Assembly (NCBI GenBank): GCA_028683435.1
Contig: JAQUIG010000008.1
Span: forward strand, 6,494 to 70,493
DNA length: 64,000 bases
Origin: Desulfuromonadaceae bacterium
GTDB taxonomy: Bacteria > Desulfobacterota > Desulfuromonadia > Geobacterales > Pseudopelobacteraceae
Reading direction: 5' to 3'
Part shown: positions 56,561 through 64,000 of the stretch, one piece after another
How positions within the stretch are numbered: the first letter of the stretch is position 1
Layout: every line of letters starts with the position of its first letter
Program-made: the position numbers and the translations under genes
Notes under the pieces: generated by a model
Seen by the model: only the letters and a program-made list of their open reading frames with translations
Told to the model about the DNA's origin: nothing
Databases searched by the model: none

Positions 56561-57028
56561 TCAATCGATCTGCTCAACCAGATAATTCTGTACGCCCATC
56601 TGGGAAATTTGATCCATCTGAGCCTCGATCAGGTCGATATGTTCCTCTTCCTCCTTCAAAATCGATTCAAGCAGTTCACGACTGCCGTTGTCCTCGATTT
56701 CCACGGCCGCTCGGATGCTCTCGTTGTAACCACGGATTGCTGAAATCTCAGCGGCATGATCGTTCGTGTGCATCTTCGCAACTTCGCTACCGATATGAAT
56801 CTTGTTAAGCTCACTGACAATCGGAATCCCCTCAAGGAACAGAATGCGGGCAATCAGCTTCTCGGCATGCTTCATCTCCTGAATGGCACGCTTGAAAATC
56901 ATCTCGTGGAGCCGTTTATAACCCCAGTTCTCGCACATTTCGGCATGTACCATGTACTGGTTGGTAGCGGTAAGTTCCTCTGCCAGTCGCATATTCAGGT
57001 GTTTGATAATCTGCTCGTTTCCTTTCAT
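56561..57028 (-). CDS. bfr: bacterioferritin
   Basis: MKGNEQIIKHLNMRLAEELTATNQYMVHAEMCENWGY... with a typical Bfr N-terminus and ferroxidase residues. Confidence 0.9.
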   Translation of the reverse strand: MKGNEQIIKHLNMRLAEELTATNQYMVHAEMCENWGYKRLHEMIFKRAIQEMKHAEKLIARILFLEGIPIVSELNKIHIGSEVAKMHTNDHAAEISAIRGYNESIRAAVEIEDNGSRELLESILKEEEEHIDLIEAQMDQISQMGVQNYLVEQID

Positions 57029-57067
57029 GATTTTTCCCCTTTGGTCGTGAGTTTTGGTTTGATCATT

Positions 57068-57259
57068 CTATTTCCATCCAATGCAGGTTACCGGACATAA
57101 ATCAATGGCCTGAAGCTGAATTTCCTCTTCAGTGGCCCCGTTCGGATCGAAGCACTCCGCCTTGCCGCTTGTGGTCAAATGGAATACGTCCGGAAGATTA
57201 TCAACGCAAATTCCGCATCCGATACACATGTCCTGGTCAACAAAAGCAACTTTTGCCAT
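57068..57259 (-). CDS. small [4Fe-4S]/[3Fe-4S] ferredoxin
   Basis: CIGCGIC...C motif; GGAGGAACACC precedes the ATG at 57259. Confidence 0.8.
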   Translation of the reverse strand: MAKVAFVDQDMCIGCGICVDNLPDVFHLTTSGKAECFDPNGATEEEIQLQAIDLCPVTCIGWK

Positions 57260-57273
57260 GGTGTTCCTCCTTT

Positions 57274-59208
57274 TCAATGATGGTTCTGTTTAACTAGATT
57301 CAGCGTACCGCCGGCTAAAAGTTCCTGACGCTGGCGGTCTGATATCTCCAGCAGTGTGGCGACCTCCCGGCCATTGACAAACACAGGAATGTCACCGGCT
57401 CTGCTTTCAACAAGGCGCCGGATGTCAGGAATCACAACCTGATCGCCCTGCTTAAAAAGATCAAAATCGGCCGGATTTTTGAAGACCAGCGCTACGATGC
57501 CGAAATTAATCAGGTTGGCCTTGTGAATGCGGGCAAAACTTTTGACTATCTTGGCGCGAATCCCAAGATAACGTGGCGCAATGGCGGCATGCTCACGGGA
57601 AGAGCCCTGGCCGTAGTTCTCGCCGGCGACAACAATGCCGTTTCCGGTGGCCAATGCGCGAGCAGGAAATTCTGCATCCACCTGTTCGAGCACATGCTCG
57701 CTGATCGCCGGAATATTACTGCGCAGCGGCAGCACTTTATTTCCGGCAGGCATGATATGATCGGTCGTGATATTGTCACCAAGCACAATGACTACGCCAG
57801 CACGCAGAGTGTCGGGAAGAGCCTCGAAATCGGGAAACGGCAGGATGTTCGGTCCGGTCTTGATTTCGACCGTTGAGCGGTCTTCCAGCGGAGGGATGAT
57901 GCCGGAATCATCCAGAAGATATTTCACGGGATTCTGCACCGCCGGATACGATCTGGTCTTTGCCAGTTCGCGCGGGTCGGTGATGACACCGTACAGGCCT
58001 GACGCTGCTGCTGTCTCCGGGGAACAGAGGTATACCTTGTCGCCCTTGGTGCCGCTTCGGCCAGGAAAATTGCGCGGAAAGGTGCGGAGACTGATCTGGT
58101 CTGTTCCCGGTGCCTGCCCCATGCCGATGCACCCGAGGCAACCTGACTGGTGAATGCTGATTCCAGCCATCAGCAGCATCATAATGCCGCCATCCTGAGC
58201 AATATTTTCCAACACTTGACGGCTTCCCGGATTGACATGAAAATGTACGCCGGGTGCCACACGCTTTCCTTCCATAATCCGGCAGACGGTCATCAGGTCG
58301 CGGTATGACGAGTTCACCGAACTGCCAACGATAACCTGATCAACTTTGGTCCCTGCCACTTCCCGGACCGGCACCACGTTGTCGGGCGACGAGGGACAGG
58401 CAATCAATGGTTCCAATGTCGAGAGATCAATTTCATCATATTCATCGTATGTAGCCCCTTCGTCTGCCGACAACGGTTGCCAGTCACCGCCGCGCCCCTG
58501 TGATTCCAGAAACCGGCGCGTCTGTTCATCGGAAGGGAAAATGGATGAGGTGGATCCCAATTCGGCCCCCATGTTGCCAATCGTAGCTCGATCCGTTGCA
58601 GACAGGGACGCAACGCCCGGTCCATAATACTCAATGACCTTCCCCACACCGCCTCTGACGGTATGACGACGCAGCATTTCAAGAATGACATCTTTTCCTG
58701 AAACCCAGTCGGGGAGCTTCCCGGTAAGCTTGACTCCCATAACCTCCGGACAGGGAAGATTGAAGGGATGCCCCGCCATGGCCAACGCAACATCCAGGCC
58801 ACCGGCACCAATTGCCAGCACGGAAATTCCTGCAGCTGTCGGAGAATGGGAGTCGGCACCCAGGAGTGTGATACCGGGAACCCCGAAACGTTCCAGATGC
58901 ACCTGATGGGAAACACCGTTGCCCGGCCTGGACAGATAAATACCGAATTTCATTGCAGCCGATGTCAGAAATGCATGGTCGTCGGCATTCTTGTAATCGG
59001 TCTGCAGCAGATTGTGATCAATGTACTGCGCCGCAAGATCCACTTTGACACGAGGGAGCCCCATGGCGATAAATTCGAGCATCGCCATCGTACCGGTGGC
59101 ATCCTGAAGAAGGGTATGGTCAATACGGATGGATATCTCTGTTCCTGAAACCAGCGTACCACCGACGAGATGGGCTTCAAGAATCTTGGTGGTAAGGTTT
59201 TTAGGCAT
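57274..59208 (-). CDS. aconitate hydratase (about 645-aa short aconitase type)
   Basis: Aconitase-family blocks (IDHTLLQDATG, GADSHS, GCLGCIGMG) plus a swivel domain (GENYGQGSSREHAA). Confidence 0.85.
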   Translation of the reverse strand: MPKNLTTKILEAHLVGGTLVSGTEISIRIDHTLLQDATGTMAMLEFIAMGLPRVKVDLAAQYIDHNLLQTDYKNADDHAFLTSAAMKFGIYLSRPGNGVSHQVHLERFGVPGITLLGADSHSPTAAGISVLAIGAGGLDVALAMAGHPFNLPCPEVMGVKLTGKLPDWVSGKDVILEMLRRHTVRGGVGKVIEYYGPGVASLSATDRATIGNMGAELGSTSSIFPSDEQTRRFLESQGRGGDWQPLSADEGATYDEYDEIDLSTLEPLIACPSSPDNVVPVREVAGTKVDQVIVGSSVNSSYRDLMTVCRIMEGKRVAPGVHFHVNPGSRQVLENIAQDGGIMMLLMAGISIHQSGCLGCIGMGQAPGTDQISLRTFPRNFPGRSGTKGDKVYLCSPETAAASGLYGVITDPRELAKTRSYPAVQNPVKYLLDDSGIIPPLEDRSTVEIKTGPNILPFPDFEALPDTLRAGVVIVLGDNITTDHIMPAGNKVLPLRSNIPAISEHVLEQVDAEFPARALATGNGIVVAGENYGQGSSREHAAIAPRYLGIRAKIVKSFARIHKANLINFGIVALVFKNPADFDLFKQGDQVVIPDIRRLVESRAGDIPVFVNGREVATLLEISDRQRQELLAGGTLNLVKQNHH

Positions 59209-59309
59209 AGTACCCCCTCTATCCGGGAAAGACCGACCTGTTGTCTGGCGGGAAACGTAAGCTAATCCACTATGAGTGTGGATCCTGGCTTCCGCTGAAA
59301 CAATGGATA

Positions 59310-59325
59310 AGCAGTGTCTATGCCA
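59310..59325 (-). promoter_or_regulatory. sigma-54 (-24/-12) promoter candidate upstream of the aconitase gene
   Basis: The minus strand reads TGGCAT-agaca-CTGCT with the correct GG/GC spacing, about 100 nt upstream of the ATG at 59208. Confidence 0.45.
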
Positions 59326-59483
59326 TTTTAAATAAAAATATATGTATAAATAAATCAGGATGTTGTGCCGGAGACATCCGGCTGGTCGCTTAAGAGTGGG
59401 GTAAAAAACATTACAGGGGATGAGGGATGTTTTGACTCTGGAACCGGTAATAATTGAGCTGGAGCCGCCGTAACGCAGATTAA

Positions 59484-59507
59484 CATGTGCAACAAAAGTT
59501 ACACATG
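59484..59507. promoter_or_regulatory. inverted repeat, possible enhancer-binding-protein site (UAS)
   Basis: catgtgcaac-aaaa-gttacacatg (one mismatch), about 160-180 bp upstream of the sigma-54 candidate. Confidence 0.3.
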
Positions 59508-59641
59508 AACCCTAACGCTCACGTGCCGAGACCATCCTTATCAAAAAGGCGCTTTAACTGGCAAAAAGCAACCAGGGTACTGCCACCATATTATTCGGCA
59601 TACCCCGTCAGGCTCTTAATAATCGTCTGAGAAGGGCAAAA

Positions 59642-60892
59642 TCAGGAAAGTTGCCTTTGGAACTCCCTCAGGGTGCGCACCCGCTCGACAGCCGGCGGAT
59701 GGGAATAGTAAAATGCCGCATAGAGTCGGTGTGGGAAGAGGTTGGAGAGGTTCTCGGCTGACATCTTGACCAGAGCCGAAGCGAGATCCTCGGGTCTCCC
59801 GGTCAGGTCGGCGGCGTAGCGGTCGGCCTCCCGCTCATGGCAGCGCGAGCGCCAGGCAGAAAACGGCCCGAGCGGAAACAGGGCCAGTGAGGCGACAAAA
59901 CCAAGCAGCACCATTTTAGCCGGGAGGGAGAGGTCGGCCGGCAGTCCCAACAGGCCCGGTAGTCCCGGCCAGGACAACAGCTTGAAGCTGATCCACGATC
60001 CGGCAAGTGCCATGATCTCGGCCCACAATAAACGTTTCCAGATATGACCTTTCTTCCAGTGCCCTATCTCGTGGGCCAGCACCGCCACGATCTCGCCATG
60101 GCTCATCTGTCTGATCAGAGTATCGAACAGCACGATGCGTTTGACCTTGCCGATACCGGTGAAATATGCGTTGGAATGTTTGCTCCGCCTTGATGCGTCC
60201 ATCTGCATAACCCGCCCCACCTTCAACCCCGCCTTCTCCATCATGACGCGGATTTCCTCCTCCAGCCCATCCTCCACTACAGGTTCAAATGTGTTAAAGA
60301 GCGGTTCGATGACGTAGGGGGAGATGAACATCATGAACAGGGTGAAGAGCGCCATGAATCCCCACACCCAGAGCCACCAGTTCTGCGGACTCCACTGGAT
60401 CAGCGAGAAAACGACGGCCACTAGGAACGCCAGCAGGATAGCGCCGATCACCTGTGATTTGAAAAAATCCGTAACCCAGAGACGCGGAGTGGTGGTGTTG
60501 AAGCCGTAACGCGCCTCGATACGAAAGGTGCCGTACAGATCGAACGGAATTCCGAGCAGGGTTGACACCCAGGTCAGCAGCAGGAAAAAGAGGATGGCGG
60601 CAATGATCGGTGAGGCGCTTAACGACGTTATAAAATGGTCATATGTTAAGATCACCTCGCCGAAGAGGAAAACGATCAGCAGAACATTGTCGAGTAGCGA
60701 ATCCCACAGCCCGAGTCGGCTGGAGTCGAAGGTGTATGTGGAGCTTCTCCGTAGCTTTTCCGTGTCAATAGCGTCTTCAAAACCTTCCGGCACCTTGTCG
60801 CCATGATGTTTGAGGTACTGCAGGTTAATATGGCGCAGCCAGTAGGTAAAGGCGGTGATAGCGGTGAAGAGGCAGAACAGGGTGAGCTTCAT
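59642..60892 (-). CDS. M48-family (Ste24/HtpX-like) membrane zinc metallopeptidase
   Basis: Polytopic N-terminus, HEIGHW zinc motif and a C-terminal YYSHPP...R. Confidence 0.85.
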   Translation of the reverse strand: MKLTLFCLFTAITAFTYWLRHINLQYLKHHGDKVPEGFEDAIDTEKLRRSSTYTFDSSRLGLWDSLLDNVLLIVFLFGEVILTYDHFITSLSASPIIAAILFFLLLTWVSTLLGIPFDLYGTFRIEARYGFNTTTPRLWVTDFFKSQVIGAILLAFLVAVVFSLIQWSPQNWWLWVWGFMALFTLFMMFISPYVIEPLFNTFEPVVEDGLEEEIRVMMEKAGLKVGRVMQMDASRRSKHSNAYFTGIGKVKRIVLFDTLIRQMSHGEIVAVLAHEIGHWKKGHIWKRLLWAEIMALAGSWISFKLLSWPGLPGLLGLPADLSLPAKMVLLGFVASLALFPLGPFSAWRSRCHEREADRYAADLTGRPEDLASALVKMSAENLSNLFPHRLYAAFYYSHPPAVERVRTLREFQRQLS

Positions 60893-60910
60893 TAAAGGCG
60901 TATCCTTGTA

Positions 60911-60941
60911 TAAAAAATAAGGGCGAACAAGCGTTCGCCCT
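60911..60941 (-). terminator. rho-independent terminator after elbB
   Basis: On the minus strand, agggcgaac-gctt-gttcgccct followed by a T-rich run. Confidence 0.65.
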
Positions 60942-60968
60942 GGGAAGATTGGTTGCCGGGATGTGCCG

Positions 60969-61622
60969 CTACGTCAGTTTTACTACTTCCCTGACACAGG
61001 TGTCGATCCCTTCATAAACCTCGGAGATCCGGGTGGCCAGCATATAGGCAGGTGACGTTACCAGTTTGTTCTGTCGATCCACAACAAAGCCGGTTACCGG
61101 GCACTCCTGGTGGATAGCCCCTGCTTTCACTATCTCGGCGGCGGTACCGGCATCGCTGCCGATCGTCACGGTGGGGGAATATTCCTTACCCAGTACCGCA
61201 GCGATCAGGGCCGGCGCGATGCAGACCGCTCCGATCGGCTTCCGGGCCACTGCCATCTCCTTCAACAACCGGGCAACATCGGGGTTGACATGGGCGGCTG
61301 CTCCCTTAACGGCAAAATCGCACAGATTTTTTGCCGCACCAAAACCACCAGGGAAAATAATTGCGTCCAGGTCAGACGCCGTGACCTCCTTGATGTCACG
61401 AATATCGCCCCGGGCGATCCGGGCGGACTCCACCAGCACGCTCCGCTTTTCAGCTGTTTCCTTCTTGGTCAGGTGATCGGTGACCGTAAAATCGATATTC
61501 GGCGCCATGCAGATCGCTTCACACCCCTGACGGTCGATCGCCAGCAGGGTCAGGACCGCTTCATGAATTTCGCTGCCGTCATATACACCACACCCTGATA
61601 ATACTACGCCGATCTTCTTCAT
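60969..61622 (-). CDS. elbB: ElbB-type DJ-1/PfpI-family glyoxalase
   Basis: MKKIGVVLSGCGVYDGSEIHEAVLTLLA... is the typical ElbB N-terminus. Confidence 0.85.
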   Translation of the reverse strand: MKKIGVVLSGCGVYDGSEIHEAVLTLLAIDRQGCEAICMAPNIDFTVTDHLTKKETAEKRSVLVESARIARGDIRDIKEVTASDLDAIIFPGGFGAAKNLCDFAVKGAAAHVNPDVARLLKEMAVARKPIGAVCIAPALIAAVLGKEYSPTVTIGSDAGTAAEIVKAGAIHQECPVTGFVVDRQNKLVTSPAYMLATRISEVYEGIDTCVREVVKLT

Positions 61623-61711
61623 TTATTGCCCCCTTGAAATAGGAATAGAGATGAATTGTGCCATATCTTCAGCAGAAGGCAAGCAGTAAACCCGATTTTA
61701 AAGCAGCACTG

Positions 61712-62920
61712 TCACCAGACATACAGCGGGATCAAAACTGCGGCCAGGACACAGGCAGATGGCAGAAAGAGGCGGTGGTAGACCTTGGCGATATCCACCT
61801 TAAAATAGTCACAGGTCAGCACATAGCAGAGATGAACCGGCGAGAGCATCACTCCGGCAAAGCCGGAGCCGAATGCCAGTGCAACGAGTGCGGGGGATGG
61901 GGCCTGGGCACCCATCAGCGGGAGCAGCAGCGGAAAGGTTATGCCGACAAAACCAACGGTCAGTCCTGTCATGACCCCGGCGACAAATGGTATCAGGAAC
62001 AGCAGCAGATATACCGGCATGTGTGCCGCCGTGAAATAGGATGAAATACCGTCCAAGGCGCCGGTGACCCGCAGCACCTCCTGAAAGATCATGATGCCGA
62101 TCACCAGGAAGAGTGCTTTACCAGAAACACTCTCCCGCAGATTCTTTACAATCATGGCGGGAGTATAGCGGTGGAAAGTGTAGAGCGCGATAACCGCGCC
62201 GCCCAGGGCCAGGACGGTATTTACCCGGAAGAGCACCACCAGCAGCAGTGCCAGCATGATAGGGGAGATCATGGCGAGAAATGTCAGGAATTCCCGTTTG
62301 CGCCCGGCTAAAGGTGGCCTGGCCTCCTGCCGGCGGACACCTCTGAAACAGAACAGTGCTCCCCATATGACAACCGATAGGGCAAAAGGGAGGTTGGCGA
62401 TGAACAGCGTCTGCGTTGAAAGTCCGGTAATGCCGGCAGCGAGAATTATGCCTGGGTAGAGAGGGGAGATATACTCCCAGATATGACGGTACCAGTAGTT
62501 GATCAGCGCCTTCTGTTCAGGGGCGATGTCGGCGTCTCCGGCCGCCTCGTTAACCATGGGAGCCGAGAAAACAGCACCCCCAGGCGAAGGGAGCATGCCG
62601 ATCATGGCAGGCATGGCAGCCATGACGAAACGCCGGTCGGGGACAGCCGTCGATAGTGAGCTGACCATGCGCTTGAGCATGCCGGTGGTGCGCAGGATAT
62701 TCTCCATCACCATTGTCAGCATCAGAGTCAGGGTCATTTCAAGGGATTTCGGGGCAAAAACGGCAACCGCGGTTGCCGTGAGGAATTCGAGCGGCGGGGT
62801 CAGATAGATTAACCCCAGGGCGGCGGCGCCGATCGGCATAACCGCCGACATGGAAACCTTGCGACGCAGGAGTAGAATGATCAGAACCAGTACAGCGGCT
62901 GTTTTCAGCAGGTCAGACAT
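61712..62920 (-). CDS. polytopic membrane protein, DUF401/AF0261-like putative transporter
   Basis: 402 aa with 10 or more hydrophobic segments. The family assignment is from memory only. Confidence 0.5.
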   Translation of the reverse strand: MSDLLKTAAVLVLIILLLRRKVSMSAVMPIGAAALGLIYLTPPLEFLTATAVAVFAPKSLEMTLTLMLTMVMENILRTTGMLKRMVSSLSTAVPDRRFVMAAMPAMIGMLPSPGGAVFSAPMVNEAAGDADIAPEQKALINYWYRHIWEYISPLYPGIILAAGITGLSTQTLFIANLPFALSVVIWGALFCFRGVRRQEARPPLAGRKREFLTFLAMISPIMLALLLVVLFRVNTVLALGGAVIALYTFHRYTPAMIVKNLRESVSGKALFLVIGIMIFQEVLRVTGALDGISSYFTAAHMPVYLLLFLIPFVAGVMTGLTVGFVGITFPLLLPLMGAQAPSPALVALAFGSGFAGVMLSPVHLCYVLTCDYFKVDIAKVYHRLFLPSACVLAAVLIPLYVW

Positions 62921-62926
62921 GGCAGG

Positions 62927-63313
62927 TCAAGATGCTCCGGCTTTCCGGTTGAGTGAATTGAATACCATGTCAAGAACACTTTTCTGGCGCGCTTCGAATT
63001 TGTTCAGCACAGCCAGGCAGGTGCCCATCGGACAAATTTTATGAAGGAAGTCAGCGTCCCTTCCCGAGAGGATAACGATCCGGTTTTTGTCCATGCCGAC
63101 ACTCACCGCAAATTTGAGCAGCTTGAGGCCATCCATGGCCGGCATTTCAAGGTCGATCAGCATCAGATCGTAGCTTCCGGCTTTAATGGCATGAAGCGCC
63201 GTCATCGGATTGTTGCAGATCTCTACCCGCAGCAACGGGAAATTGCCGGCTATATAGTCCGCCAGAAAGTTGGTGAAGGCCGAGTCGTCATCGATTAGCA
63301 GTATTCTTCCCAT
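62927..63313 (-). CDS. single-domain response regulator (CheY-like receiver)
   Basis: ILLIDDD..., DLMLIDLEMPAMDG, ...LSG... receiver motifs. 128 aa. Confidence 0.8.
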   Translation of the reverse strand: MGRILLIDDDSAFTNFLADYIAGNFPLLRVEICNNPMTALHAIKAGSYDLMLIDLEMPAMDGLKLLKFAVSVGMDKNRIVILSGRDADFLHKICPMGTCLAVLNKFEARQKSVLDMVFNSLNRKAGAS

Positions 63314-63447
63314 AGCGGATTACTATAGCTTATTCGGCGTGACGGCGAAATAAAAATGATGCCGATACAGGGGTGCGGTGCCGATTTTAATTAGAACTGG
63401 AGATGGTGAAGTTGCAGGGGAGAGATTGCTCTTCATGCTGCTTACTA

Positions 63448-63900
63448 TCAGAACAGGTATTTTGAGCGGTTGATGAAATAGTCCCGCTGGCTGAAAATAA
63501 AGCCGGAAAGGAGGAGGAGCGCCAGTATGACGCTGAGATTGCTGGATAGCAGCCCGGCAGGATCAACTTTTTCACCAACAATTATTTCCAGTTCAGCGGG
63601 GGTTATGGTCAGTAGGTTTATCAACGTATTTACCACTTCAAAGGCGTTGTAACCGAGAAGCAGATACCAGGTCAGGTTCTGGCGTTTCATGAGGCCAAAA
63701 AACAGGTAAAGACAGAGCAGGCTGTCGAAGAACACAATCAATCCGGCTATTCTGCCGTGATAGATCGTGCCCAAAAAGGGGATCGGTTGGCCATAGCTGG
63801 AGACCGTGAGCATAAAAAAGAACAGATAGAGGCCGCCGAGGAGGGTGATTCCCAGTGGCCGTTGCAATTCCTGTTCGTTATGAATGTCGCTATCTTCCAC
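63448..63900 (-). CDS. hypothetical membrane protein (about 4 TM)
   Basis: 150-aa ORF with four hydrophobic segments; no family recognised. Confidence 0.45.
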   Translation of the reverse strand: MEDSDIHNEQELQRPLGITLLGGLYLFFFMLTVSSYGQPIPFLGTIYHGRIAGLIVFFDSLLCLYLFFGLMKRQNLTWYLLLGYNAFEVVNTLINLLTITPAELEIIVGEKVDPAGLLSSNLSVILALLLLSGFIFSQRDYFINRSKYLF

Positions 63901-63930
63901 GTCGCACCCGTTCTACGCTAATGGTTGGCA

Positions 63931-64000
63931 TCACGAATTATTTGACTTACGCATGTCGCTGATGGCGACGCACGCAAAGATAACCAGCAGGATAAATCCG
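63931..64000 (-). CDS. 3' end of a membrane-protein gene running off the window
   Basis: The minus-strand frame reads ...GFILLVIFACVAISDMRKSNNS* with the stop at 63931-63933. Confidence 0.25.
   Translation of the reverse strand, partial: GFILLVIFACVAISDMRKSNNS

Overview
This 64-kb chromosomal window is about 55% GC. Its gene content resembles a Geobacter/Desulfuromonas-type deltaproteobacterium. That assignment is an inference from gene families only: a ccsA-like/hemA/hemC/cobA-hemD cluster, several c-di-GMP proteins, sigma-54-type promoters and multiple Mo/W uptake genes. Most of the window is housekeeping: hslO, truA, trxA, the heme cluster, ndk, tRNA-Leu, rluD, degP/Q, an acetoin/pyruvate-dehydrogenase-type E1/E2 operon, wrbA, ompA, bfr, aconitase and elbB. 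Four patches look accessory or rearranged. (1) At the left edge, an AT-rich island end abuts a 3' fragment of comM; next to it is an acetate-kinase paralogue with an in-frame amber codon. (2) tRNA-Leu(CAG) is followed by an AT-rich spacer and a decayed type I restriction system. It has a 35-codon hsdM stub, an apparently N-truncated COG2865-type ATPase gene, no hsdS and an intact hsdR carrying a triple Cys-rich insert. (3) An 11-kb Mo/W uptake region holds two co-oriented transporter modules separated by an IS110-family transposase remnant. A perfect 115-bp direct repeat lies in modE and in a truncated modE copy, each module has a good ModE box, and an OprO/P-like porin gene sits inside the second operon. 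(4) A WYL regulator plus yefM-yoeB lies divergent from a yqaA / solitary recD / PAS-GGDEF-EAL-REC string. I found no clear, complete novel multi-gene system. The items above are the best candidates, and their functional readings are inferences that need database and genome-wide checks.
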